From: Anolis carolinensis
Lineage: Eukaryota
DNA length: 64,000 bases
Direction: 5' to 3'
Assembly: GCF_035594765.1 (NCBI RefSeq)
Contig: NC_085841.1
Span: 173,833,574 to 173,897,573 of the forward strand
Shown here in pieces: positions 26,506 to 38,706 of the stretch. The stretch's first letter is position 1, and every line of letters begins with the position of its first letter. The position numbers and the translations under genes are program-made. Under the pieces are notes generated by a model. It had not been told where the DNA came from. It saw only the letters and a program-made list of their open reading frames with translations, and made no database searches.

Positions 26506-26692
26506 TTAAAACTTACCTGGCCACCATTACATTCCTCCACACATCCTCCTGGTGTGAGGAAGTGATGTGCCAGGAGATGGGGGTGAAGAGGAAAATCCCT
26601 TCTCACCCCACACCCCCATCTCCTGATGTGTCATTTCCTAATACCAGGAGGGAGTGAGGAGGACTGTAATGGTGGCCAGGTAAGTTTTTTTT
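26506..26692. repeat. Imperfect palindrome, core of a probable MITE
   Basis: aaaacttacctggccaccattac...gtaatggtggccaggtaagtttt with further internal pairing. Confidence 0.7.
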
Positions 26693-27139
26693 TTACTTTT
26701 AAAAGGTAAATGGGGGGGGGGGGCTGGGAGGAGAGGGGGGGCACTATCCCAGACCTTTGGGTTCCAAGAGCCCAAAAGGTTCAGGATGGCAAATGGGGAC
26801 GCACCCTGAATAGTCCCAGCACTATCCGGCAGTGAGTCCCTACAGGCCCAATACTTCAGTAGACCTGGGCCTTTCAAGCAGCATTTAATTAATTCGAAAT
26901 AACTGAGGTCTCGAGTTTTGGGCCTGTCCACCAGGTGAATTTCCAGGTCAGAGCAGGGACTTTGGAGATGAGGGTTTGAATTCCCGCTGCATCACATTTA
27001 CTAAATTCCACTGACTTAAAATCCAGGAAGCCACTCTTCTCATCACATTAGTTTGGCTTCAAGTGTAGGGTAGAGCATTCTTTGTGTATTCCATGATATG
27101 TTTCTGCCTTGTGTTGCATGAGAAAGATGGGAGAGAAGG

Positions 27140-27140
<1 letters not shown>

Positions 27141-27183
<43 letters not shown>

Positions 27184-27200
27184 AGTATTATTATTATTAT
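27141..27200. repeat. (TTA)n microsatellite
   Basis: Direct inspection. Confidence 0.95.
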
Positions 27201-27400
27201 TTAATTACCATAGCTCCATACTATGAGATCTTGGGAGTTACAGTTTCCCAAGGTCCATACCCTTCTCTGGATGCATCTGCACTGGAGAATAAATGCAGCC
27301 AGGACCCATTTTATATGCTATTATTGTTGTTGTTGTTGTTGTTGTTATTTGTCTCTATGCTGTGCAGTCCTAGGAGTCATAGTTTTCCAAGGTCCATACC

Positions 27401-28116
27401 TGTGCCGTCCGCCGGACAATAAAAAACTATAAAACTGAAACGTGCTGTCCTTTATCCGGGCGAACTGCAAATCCCTATAAGCTGTCCTATAGATATTGAA
27501 CGACTGAGTCTGGATAACTTCAAAAAAGGATGTTTATTCATACAAGGTTGTAAACCTGGCACAGATCTTAAAGTTGCAGAAAATGAAACAAATTTCTATA
27601 GGTTTTAGGTACAGAATTATCCCTGGTTCCAGAAAGCAAAGGTGATTATAAAACCACTATACCCTAATCACGCTGCCTATATTAGAAGGAGAAACTCTTT
27701 CCTTCCCTACCTTTACAGCAAAGATTAGTTCTAGAAGCGACAGAATAACCCTGCTCCTCTAACTAGATTTCCTATTCCAGATCAATATAATTCAATACTT
27801 ATCTAATTTGGATAGGCTTAGATTGGCCTGGTTTTGAGGATGATTTGTCCCAGTTAGCTTTGCACAGCTCCAGCACGTTGGAAGACTATAGCCAGAATGA
27901 AGCTCTAAAATGGAGACTAGACCCTGGTAAAAAGGGCGGTCCTAAGATGTTGCACTCTTTGACCAATCACTGCAAAGAAAACTGCAGCCAGCTCTTGCAG
28001 ATTCCAAGCCACTTTTCCTAGGCTTTTGCAGCCAGAGGCTCAAACAAAATGTAAAGGAGGGAAAACAAACAAACGACCAATAGGTAAGGCAAACCATCGT
28101 CCTGGGGGACGGAACA
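27401..28116 (-). mobile_element. Solo LTR sharing termini with 24847-25680
   Basis: Exact 5-bp TSD atacc; minus strand begins TGTTCCGTCCCCCAG and ends GACGGCACA; minus-strand AATAAA near 27533. Confidence 0.85.
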
Positions 28117-28741
28117 ATACCCTTCCCTACAGTAGGGAATGAATGCCCTTGCACCCCACTTTAAATGCCATGGCTCCATGTGATGTTGTCCTCCTGGGAG
28201 TTATAGCTTCCCAAGGTTCAGACTCTTCTCTTGGTGCATTTACACTATGGAATGAATGCAGCTGGACCTTACTTTAAATACCATAGCTCCATACTACGCA
28301 GTCCTGGGACTTATAGTTTTCAAAAATCCACATCCTTTTCTGTGGAACAGCCAGGAAGCGGGGGGGGGCATTGCTGCCTTCCCTCCCTCCCTGCTTCCTT
28401 GCTTCTTGAATTGAATTGAATTGACACATAACAGCTGACATTTCAAAGGGAGGTTTTTTCTCCACAATGAACGGGGGGGGGGGGGGGGTTGTGCCTAGCA
28501 ATTCAAGTGTGATGGCAAATGTACTGAAAGAATGCTGGGCAAGTCACAGTCTTTGAGACTCAAAGGAAGGCAGTTGCAAGTCCCCTTGAACAAACCTTGT
28601 CAATAAAACCCCATGATTAGCTTGCCTTAGGGTTACCATAAGTTGGAAGTGACTTGAAAGCAAGCAGTAGCAGCAACAACAGGCTATTTGGTCAAATACA
28701 TTAAATGTTAAGTATGTAATTCTACCTACGCTTACCTAATA

Positions 28742-29064
28742 CAGTATAGTTTCACTTATCCAATCTAAACGGGCCGGCAGAAGCTTGGATAAGCGAATAT
28801 CTTGGATAATAAGGAGGGATTAAGGAAAAGCCTATTAAACATCAAATTAGGTTATGATTTTACAAATTAAGCATCAAAACATCATGTTATACAATAAATT
28901 TGACAGAAAAAGTAGTTCAATACGCAGGAATGTTATGTTGTAATTACTGTATTTACGAATTTAGCACCAAAATATTACGATATATTGAAAACATTGACTA
29001 CAAAAATGGCTTGGATAATCCAGAACCTTGGATAAGCAAGGCTTGGATAAGTGAGACTCTTCTG
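28742..29064. mobile_element. Tc1/mariner MITE
   Basis: TA-flanked, nearly identical to 44988-45304. Confidence 0.9.
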
Positions 29065-29922
29065 TAGTACTTCCACTGGACACAATGGGATTTTGAAGAA
29101 ATGGGTATTCTGTGAGTGATATTTTGCATGGAGCTAATGTAAGAAATTATATCAAAATCTAAGAAAATATGGGTGTGGAGTGCTTAAGGTAGACCTAAAT
29201 AGGCAAATAACAAGGTATGTATGGGTGTACAGAGAACAAAGGCACATTCCCCTGCTTAGGTTCTACCATGGCATCAAATTAAGTGGAATATTTCCTGCAC
29301 TCCCTACAAATAGTCAATAAACAAGACTTTGGTCCTGTGTCTTGGTACTGGAACTATTGGGCATCCTTAATCACTTGTTACTTCTTACTATTTTATACAT
29401 GTAAATAATCAAACATCCCACTGAATACTTCGCAGCCAGTAAAGAGAAGCTTGTAAAGTGAAGCTTAGCAGCTTCTTTTAAAAAAAAAGTCAATGAAGGA
29501 ACCAGTGGTGGTTTTTAGCAAGAGGAGGGGGAATTTCCTGCAAGTAAAGGCACCACCCATCACCTGCCTTTATGGAATGTGGGAGACCAAAATAAATATC
29601 TATTGTCAACACCTAGAAGTAAAAGACCCCCTGCAGAGTTTGATTGACAGGAATTGCCTTTAAGAAGAGCTGTCTTACAAGAGGCAGAGACAAGCAAGCA
29701 GCATTCAGAAGGCAACTTAAGAGAATCATAGACTCCCCGAGACAGGAATGTAATGCTCTAATGCTCAAAGCTAGTACCTCTGTAGTTTCTAATTCACAAC
29801 TTACTAAAGCCTTTAAGAACTGAATATGAAAAGGAGAAAAGAACAAGGAAACTCTGGGGGGGGGGGGGGAGTCATAGATTTCCTCACCAATAACCTGTTT
29901 CACATTAGCTGATTGAAGCTAT

Positions 29923-30115
29923 ACAGTCAGTCAGTCTTCTGTATCTATGGATTCAACTTTCCATGGCTTGAAAATATTTTTACAATTTCCCAAAAGTGAA
30001 CTTTGATTTTGCCATTTTATATACACACCATTATATATAATAGGACTTCATCATCCAAGGGTTTTGGCAACCATGTTCTGAAATCAAACTTCATTTGATA
30101 CCAAGGACCCACTGC
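29923..30115. mobile_element. Degenerate Tigger/MER2-like MITE
   Basis: tacagtc...gtatctatggattcaac...gataccaaggacccactg. Confidence 0.55.
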
Positions 30116-30162
30116 ATAGGGTAGCATAATGAAGTATCAGCTTATTTTGCATCCAATGCTAA

Positions 30163-31278
30163 AAAAAAGCTGAAAACTGGCTTTTGAAATTCTACAATCA
30201 ATGCTTGGCACACAAACAGATTCCCAGAGCATGGAGGAAAACTAAGATCATTGCCATTTTAAAACCTGGTAAAGATGCCCCCAATGCCAGGAACTACCGA
30301 CCAATCTCCCTCTTATGTCATCTATATAAAGTCTATGAGAGGATGCTATTAAATCGACTAGGACCTGTTATTGAACCCAAGCTTATTGCACAACAAGCAG
30401 GGAAAAACTATACAGGTCAAATTCTTCATCTGACTGAGCATATCAATGAAGGCTATGAGAAAGGCTGCATTACGGGAACAGTTTTTGTGGACCTTATGGC
30501 AGCCTATGACATGGTGCAACATAGAAAAATGCTGCATAAAGTCTACCATATCACCTGGGACTTTGACTTTACAAAAACTGTCCAGACCCTCCTAGAAAAC
30601 CGCAGCTTCTATGTGGAGTTTCAGGGCTGGAAAAGCAGATGGAGGAGGCCAAAGAATGATTACCCCAAGGCAGCGTTCTTGCACCGACCTTATTTAACAT
30701 CTTCACGAATCATCAGCCACTACCACCACTTACAAAGAACTTTATATATGCTGATGACCTTGGCCTTACAACACAAGTGAAAGATTTTGAAACAGTTGAA
30801 AACCATCTCACTAATGTCTTGAAAGATCTCTCCAGCTACTACAAAGAGAACCACCTGAAGCCTAACCCTGCCAAGACACAAGTGTGTGCTTTCCACCTAC
30901 ATAACCGTGAAGCCAACAGGAAACTGAAAGTTACTTGGGAAGGCCAAGAGCTCGAACACTGTTTCCATCCTAAATATCTTGGTGTCACCTTAGATCGAAC
31001 ACTAACATATAGGAAACACTGCATGAACACCAAGCACAAAGTAGCTGCACGTAACAACATCCTGCGGAAACTGACTGGCAGCGCATGGGGTGCAGACCTA
31101 CAAGTAATAAGAACTTCAGCCCTGGCCTTGTCTTTCTCAACTGCTGAGTACGCCTGTCCTGTCTGGCACAAGTCTGCACATGTGAAGCAGGTGGACATAG
31201 CACTAAACGAAACATGCAGAATAATCACAGGATGCCTTAAACCTACATCTGTTGATAAACTCTACAAGTTAGCTGGCA
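30163..31278 (+). pseudogene. Vingi/Ingi (I-group) LINE reverse-transcriptase fragment, frameshifted
   Basis: KPGK...NYRPISLLCHLYKVYERMLLNRL; FVDLMAAYDMV; out-of-frame FIYADDL at about 30741-30761; KYLGVTLDRTLTY...STAEYACPVW. Small deletion and a frameshift; truncated at both ends. Confidence 0.9.
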
Positions 31279-33606
31279 TTAACATAGAAGAGAAATGCTA
31301 TGATTGTCATGTGTGATTTAAATTTTTTAGTGTCATTACCTGTAGCAACAGGAGATGCAACTAAAAAGTGCTTGACACCAACATTTCTAGGATGACTTTA
31401 CTCCTTCCACCTTACAGACTTAGTGATTTGGATTATTTATCAACCTTTGTAAATTATACTATGTCGAATGTTCTTTTGAACCAAGCTGGTGATGTATATA
31501 ATTTTTTTAAAAAATTTTTTTCCAGGTATGTGAGTGTGTATAAAATCATAAATATTTTACAAATCTAGTATTTCACATTAGTGGTAAGGTTCAGCTGGAA
31601 GTAAAGTATTACCTTTGTTGAAGGTAATACTGTACATTCTCAAAATATATTAAAATATATGAGCAAAGGTGCTTTATCATGTGTTTGAGAATGGTGATGG
31701 AACCCCTCTATCAATATCCTCACTGGTCTTAGCATTTTCACTTTTATAGTATCTCTTCATCCAACCCTGAAGTCTTCTGCAAAGTATCCACAGATTTTCA
31801 GAAGCAGATTTCTAGGTGACACAGAAGGCTGTTATCAAGAGGGCAGGCATGGTTCAGAGAGGCCTTTTGTATAAGTATTGCTCTGTGTACAGCTCTTGGG
31901 ATCCCTCCCACCAAAGAAAAAAAAATAGTAAACAGAATACAGTTGTGGGCTGTACATGTGGGACAAGCCTAGAACCTTCAGCAAGGCAGAATAACCGGTC
32001 TTCATTTTGCTTATCTTATAATATCTCCATTTGGGTTGCCTCCATCACCTTCAGCACTATTATCATAAGGATGTTGGTTTTTCATATCTTTTTTAGTATC
32101 TGTATGAAAAATAGAATAACACATAATCTCATGATAGTAATAGATCATTACCTTCCTCCCCTTCCGTCTCATTTTCTTGAGTGACATATTCTGAATATTT
32201 CAGATCATAGCTGGAAATGGGTGGAATCTTTTCTTGTGGATACTTTTCTATTTTGCTTTAAAATATTTTTATTCCAAATTTGGTATATTTCCAAAACCAA
32301 ATAATAGAGATTAAAGCGTAATAATTTGTGGAAAGGTTTATTTCATAAGATACAACTGTCTGATTATGCCGAATTTTCAGCCAAGAATTAAAGGAGGTTT
32401 GCAGTTCCAACCAAATATAGCATTTTTCTTATTTTGTTTTTAATGCCTCCTCTTGGTTGATGAGACATTGTTTATGAAGTGTGCTTAAAAGCAGTTGCTG
32501 AGAATTAACACGGAGATGCATTTACAGCTAATTAACCTATTCTCAAAGAAAGCAACTGGGAGATGGCTGATTAATGTTTCAGGCTTGAGCTACGCACACG
32601 TACACGCACTCCTGAAATGTAGGCAAAACTTCATTCTGGAACCCAAGAGACCTGTGTGTGACACAAGTTGGAGCCTGAGTGCAGCCTGCTCTCCACAGGA
32701 ACTAATTTTGAAACACCAGAATGCTGTGGATTGTCTGTGAAAACACGGCAGAAGAAACTCAACACAGAACAGAAGGCAATGCTTTCCTTAGGAAGAATGC
32801 TGATAAAATTTTAATGAAGTAACATGTTGCCATGGGGATTTGTTGCTATTCATTAATTCATTGTGCTTCAGCCTCTATAGTTTTGCTGAAGCTGAGTGAC
32901 AAATTGTCAAGAAGCAGTTTGCGGAGGCTTAAAGTTTACTCATTGATAGTCTAACTTTTCTGCAAATTGCACAGAGGGTGTTGTATTGGGATAAACAACA
33001 CTGGGATTATTGTGTATGTGTATACACATAGACATAACACAATTTTATATGTATAAACTGTGAGAAGTAGACAACGTATGCATTTATTCTGCCATTCCTA
33101 ATAGTTTCAACAGTGATTTATCTCCTAATCTTTTCATTTCTTGGCCAAATATTGTGAATCTGGCTGTCTTGAGCTTCTCACCTCTCGGAAGTCAGGGGCA
33201 CATAATATTAATTTCAAACTTTCTTCAGTTTCTTTAGGAAGCTCGGGTGCTAGTGAGAGGAAAACAAAGCATAAGCCAAAATCCGGTACTATTTTCTTTT
33301 GCTGCAAACATGGCTTCACAATTCTGAGTCTTGGTTTACATGAGCACAGCAACATACACAGCACGCTGACCTTGACCATCTTATTATGTGCCATGTTTTT
33401 GTTTCCCAGGGCAGAAAGCATCCAATGTTCCTTTTCATTGCAACTCGTGATCAGAGTCAGGGGGTCCTATATTTCCTTGTCTTGACTGTGAACTGAAACT
33501 AATATATGGATGATGCAAGGTATGGGAGGAAATGACTGAAGGGGGAATGATAGGAACAGAGCAAAGTAATTATGCCAATCATTTTGTAGAACCTCGAGGA
33601 GGCATG

Positions 33607-34147
33607 TTGTTATTGTTGTTGTGTATCTTCTGACTTATGGACCCTTAAGGCAAACTTATCTCAAGATTTTCTTGGTAAGATTTATTCAGAGAGAGGGTTT
33701 GCCTTCCTCTGAGGCTTACAACCTTATCAGAAAGGCCAGGCCTGTTTTGCCTGGCTTCTGGGGAGGAAGGAGGGAGCCGCAGGATGAATCTGTCACTCCC
33801 TCTCACGACACTTTCCCCATCATATAGGGAAAGCTTTGCTCTCTTGGGGAGGCCCCATGTTGACTCCATTGGAGCCAGTGCAACACAGAATGCTTCCCAT
33901 ATTACCGGGGAAAGCATCTGGCAAAGCTTTTGTCCCAGTTGGTGGAGGTTGGGATTGGAGACACAGGTGACATCATCTGATGGCTGCAGTAAGGCTCCAT
34001 CCCCAAAGCTAGCGCTCAGCATCCTGGGACACCTATTTGGAACTGTGTGATGAGGTCATAAGACTTGCCTAAGGCTAGCCAGTGGATTTCCATGTCTGAG
34101 CAGAGATTCGAACCCTGTTCTCCTATTGTCCTAGCCTAACACTCAAA
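33607..34147 (-). mobile_element. tRNA/CORE-type SINE interrupted by a ~340-bp probable MITE (about 33716-34057)
   Basis: SINE halves end at cctctgaggct and resume at gacttgcctaagg; the insert ends tgtgtgatgaggtc. Confidence 0.6.
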
Positions 34148-35709
34148 TGTTTTAGAGAAGGCTTATGATCTTTTAATCCTTATCATAATACCAAGCCTGT
34201 TGCAATTGCTTAGAATTTTACATAAAAATGTTTTGATGAAAGAATGCAAATTAAACATAAGTTATTTGTAATGTATTCTCTTTTTGAATAACAAGTCTCA
34301 ACATCATCACGTTTTAAGGTAAGGTGGTTTATTGTGACCCTCTGGCTGTGTACGGTGAAGACGGGCCTTTGATGTCCTCAAGATCCCTACAGAAATCCCA
34401 AAACCACTGTATCCCCTCCCCAGTGATTTGACCAAACTGGTTAGTCCTAGGGTCAGTTTGGAGGCAGTTTGGCAGAAACCATTTTGTTGTTTGGATGATT
34501 GGACTGATATGTCTGAAACAGGTTCAAGCCAGGAATATGAACCACAGAATGCAGTATCAAAATTGATTCCAGATTCACACTATATATGTCAGCTGCCAGA
34601 GAATTACCTGTTTCCCAGTGCTCCAGAGGCATAAGAGGTGTTTGTGTGTGTGTGAGAGAGAGAAAGAGTGTGTGTGTGTGTGTGTGGGGGGGGGGGGGGG
34701 TGTTAGCAGTAGAGGTAATCACTTACCTCTTCCAAGGGGTCAATTAGCCCCTGCTGCCCAGCTTTGCCCTTGGGGCATTTTTTGGCAGTCCTTGTCCACG
34801 TTTTACAGCTAGGTGTATCTACAATGCACTAGCTGATTTCACTGTGCAATCTGTTTACATTTGAGGCTAGCTAATGTGCATTAAGGGGCTCATTTCAGAC
34901 TTTCCCCCAACTTTACTTAATGTGCTTTATTCTCCTTAATCTACACTATAGCATGTTTTCGTGGTGTGCTTTCTGTAACCGCTGCAATTTGAAGCTACTA
35001 TGTAAAATAAATACTAAAATAAATACTAAAATACTGCTGGAGCCCATCCATTTTTTTCTCCCATAACCATGCTCCCCCCTCACAAGCTGCTGACATTATT
35101 TTTCTGTTATTGGCTGACACTTCTGTGCCTGGAGTATTTCTCTCGCTGTAGGGTTAGTAGGATAATTGACAAACCACAGAGACCAGATCCCTGGATTAGG
35201 TTGACCAGACTGTCAAAACAGCCATGACAAACTCTCACATCAACTTCTACTGCAAGTCAAGTCTATGAGGAAAAAATGCACCTTGGCAGGTCCAGGAGGA
35301 AAGTCTTTAGTTGAAATATTTTCCCACCTCAGAGAGAGCTTCACCTGGGACAAGCTGGGGGAGGAGCAGGGAGGCAGAAATATTATTGTTTAATTCATAG
35401 CAAACTCTCCTACCAAGAGTCACTATTAATTATAGAATTTGTATAAACATTTAGTGGATCTTATTTGTAGAATATGTGACATATTTGTCGAAAATCTGAC
35501 ATACTGTCATTTCTGTTTCTTATTAGAGGAGTGACATTTTATTGTACAGTATATTCCATCTCTGTGCATATCTGTGTGAGCTCATGAATATATTCCATTC
35601 ATAGAATATGTAATCTGTGTTTTCCCTTTTCAGACTTCTGTTATTCAGGATTGCCCTTGAATAACAGAATCTGGTTGAAGATGGGATTTAGGACCCAACG
35701 TTCTTGAAA

Positions 35710-37072
35710 TCTATACACATAATAAAAGTGAAAATATGTATATATGTGCATGGCTGCGGTACAGATAAGCTCCAACGTCCACAAATAACTATAGCTCCCA
35801 CTACTCAGGAGACACCAATGGCCCTCTCTCCAATGACATTGCAGGTTATAGGGAGTGCCGTAAACATGTCCCAGAGCCCTGCCAATATCCTCCACAAACA
35901 TCATACTGCCCACCACTCAAGTGAAGGCTTTCATACAGGGACAATTTCATCCTAGATTTTCTGTTATTCCTCCTCCACAAGCATCCCAGTATTTCTTACT
36001 CTCTCCATTGGTGTGGAATTTGCATGACCCCGCCCACTGCCTCTCCCATAACTCTTTCCTATTCTTTTCTATGGCACACAGCAAACAGAGGAATTGATCA
36101 GCAACTGAACATACTAGAGAGGTTTGGGGAGAATTCACAATGATTTATAGGAGTTGTAGGTACTGGAATGTATAGTTCACCTGCAATCTAAGAGCACTCT
36201 GAGCTCCACCAATGATAAACCTGGAACTAACTTGATTCACAGAACCCCCATGACCAACAAAAATATTGGAGGTCTTTGGAGGGATTTATAGGAGTTGTAG
36301 TTCACCTACATCCAGAGTGCACTAAGAACCCAAACAATGATGGATCTGGACCAAACTTGCCATGCATACCTGATATGCCAAAATTTGAATACTGGTGGGT
36401 TTTGAGGGGAATTGGCATGGACATTTTGGAGTTGTAGGTACTGGGATTTATAGTTCACCTGCAATCAATTAGCACTCTGAACTCCACCAAAGATGTAATT
36501 GGACCAAACTTGGCACACAGATCCCCCATGACTAGCAAAAAATACTAGAGGTCTTTGGGGAAAATTCACCTTGATTTGGGGAGTTGTAGTTCACCTACAT
36601 TCAGAGAGCACTGTGAACTCAAACACCAATGGATCTGGACCAAACTTGGCACACATACCTGATATGCCGTAATTTGATTACTGGAGGGGTTTGGAGGGAA
36701 CTGACCTTCCCTTCTGGGAGTTGCAGTTCACACACAACCAGAAAAACTGTGATCTCCACCAATGATGGACCTGGACCAAACTTGACGCACAGAACACCCA
36801 TGACTAACTCAACCTGCTGGAGGGGTTTGAGGGGACTGTCTCACCATAGTGGGAGTTGTAGTTTACTCTACAGCCAGAGAGCACACTGAACCTCATTGAT
36901 GATGCATCTAGAGCAAACTTACTCAACATAACAAACTTTAAGTACTAATGTAGTTTCTTGGGGTTAACCTGGCATGATGTCAGTTATAGTTAATCTACAA
37001 CCTTATGCATTTTGTACAATTTAAAAAATGACATTTTCAAATAACATGGGCAATGCAGGGTACCCAAGCTAG
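35710..37072 (+). mobile_element. Non-autonomous Helitron with internal ~120-130-bp tandem repeats
   Basis: A|TCTATACACATAATAAAAGTG 5' end; degenerate GC hairpin then CTAG|T 3' end; no TSD; repeated ggagttgtagttcacct...ggaccaaacttggcac units. Confidence 0.85.
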
Positions 37073-37241
37073 TTCTTAATATATTTTTTAGCTCCAGTCT
37101 CTATGGTTTATCCAGTGTAGTAGAGGCACTGGGAATGTATATACATTTTGATGTCCTAAAGCAAGGTCTTTAAAAAAGGTCTGTATGTTGGTGAGCCCCT
37201 TCCATTTATTCATTCATTTTAAAACCTTTTCAAGATAGCTA

Positions 37242-38193
37242 TGATAGCGAGCTAGGATTTGGGGGGGGGGGTGGTCCCCTTCTTTAGGAGGGAACCCTAG
37301 CTCCGGTCCCCGGCCATGGGTCCGAGGATCCTGGCAAGGGGGGAGCCGCTAAAGATCAAGATTTCTCGCTACAAAATCTCACTCTCAGACGTAAAGAAAG
37401 AAGTCTGAGTTGTTTATTCAGTTCAGCTGAAAAGGATGACACCCACGATCGTTCATCAAGGAGCCATAACATGCAATACAGAACAACAACTTTTATAATA
37501 CAGAAAAATGGGAGGCGCGATTTGAATTTCGCGCCATTCATTCCCCCGCCCCCTGCACACTGATTGGCCCTTGAGGGAGCGGCGTGAACCCTGTCCAATC
37601 AGGGAGCTCCTGTCGTCTCAGTTCCTCCACCAATCAGAGGCGAGGAGGCAGGCTGATTCAAGAACAATGGATTTGCTAGGGATTATGATTGAGTCATTGA
37701 GTTAATATGCAAGAAGGAAGTACCGAGAGCCTTGACAAGTCCTCAAGGTAGATTCCAGATTGCTTCTTGGGGTGCAAATATACATATTTGTCTGGCAGGC
37801 TTGCCAGATTCCGGTGAACCAATGCTGATCAGATGGGCAGGATTTATTTCTGAATGAGTCCAGTTCATTTTGACAGCCGGGACAATCATGGGCTCTGATT
37901 GTCCCCATTGTAAGTGGTCCGAGAACCAGATAGTCATCTTTCCATTAAATGGGCCAGCTCCGACATTTAATGGGGGGGAAGACTATATCTATTGTCCATG
38001 CAAGATGAGCGTCTGACAGTCATCTGGTGTGAGGGATAATCCCCTCCGGACAGTGTTGCAACTATCTGTTCATTGATTCCTAGGTCAGATCTCGGTCATT
38101 CTTTAATATGAAATATATTTCATGGTAATAAAGGGAAAGGGGAACATGCAGGGTACGCAGGACACATATAGGAACATAATTCATCTTGTTTCA
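37242..38193 (-). mobile_element. ERV-like LTR (3' LTR of a truncated provirus)
   Basis: Minus strand TGAAAC...CTATCA; three CCAAT boxes, GC box, TATAAAA at about 37492-37498 and AATAAA at about 37413 in correct order; preceded by purine-rich GGGATAGG. Confidence 0.75.
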
Positions 38194-38706
38194 CCTATCC
38201 CAAAGCCCAAGTTTTAATGTAGGGAATTCATAAAGTAATAAAAGTTCAGAAAGGGGGTTGAATCTGTGGCAATCCAGGTGAAACGGCCCCACTAGGTCAA
38301 AGGTCAGCGGGAGGGGGCACTCCAAAGATGAGGGCAGTTCATGAATGGCAGGTAGGGAGCCCTGGGTAGCCCCCTCTGCACCCAGCATGTAATCCAAATC
38401 TTTGTGAGTCCGTTCCTGCAGAGAAAATCGTGCCGCAGCGCGAGGAAACTCCATTTTAGCAGTTTGACAGGTTTTGACAATCAGCTGATTTGCTTCTAAA
38501 AACTTTATTAATTTGAGAACAGGTGGTCTCCTCGTGACGGGGAAGCCTTTTGAGTTAGGGGTATGGAAGATGGTCATGCTTGGGGTCAAAATGGGAAAGA
38601 TATGACTGGAAATAGAGGCTGGGGGGTAACCCGCAGTTCCGCGGTTCACCCAGAGAGAGAGAAAAGGAGGAGAAGGCAGAGTGGCTAAGATCGCGAGGGA
38701 ATTCAT
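38191..38706 (-). CDS. 171-aa ORF abutting the ERV-like LTR; possible env remnant or accessory ORF
   Basis: ATG-initiated; its stop codon is the first TGA of the LTR; LQERTHKDLDYMLGAEG loosely resembles the env immunosuppressive domain, but no CX6CC or TM anchor is seen. Confidence 0.35.
   Translation of the reverse strand: MNSLAILATLPSPPFLSLWVNRGTAGYPPASISSHIFPILTPSMTIFHTPNSKGFPVTRRPPVLKLIKFLEANQLIVKTCQTAKMEFPRAAARFSLQERTHKDLDYMLGAEGATQGSLPAIHELPSSLECPLPLTFDLVGPFHLDCHRFNPLSELLLLYEFPTLKLGLWDR

Noticed and set aside
27942-28116. Fifth U3 tail (frame also open from LTR base 2)
   Set aside because: Not acidic, no RRSxR or FxGF motif, and the sister LTR at 24847 stops after 12 codons; treated as chance.
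30184-31316. Active LINE RT gene
   Set aside because: Frameshift puts YADD out of frame, the QAG(FRPG) motif is partly deleted, and both ends are truncated.
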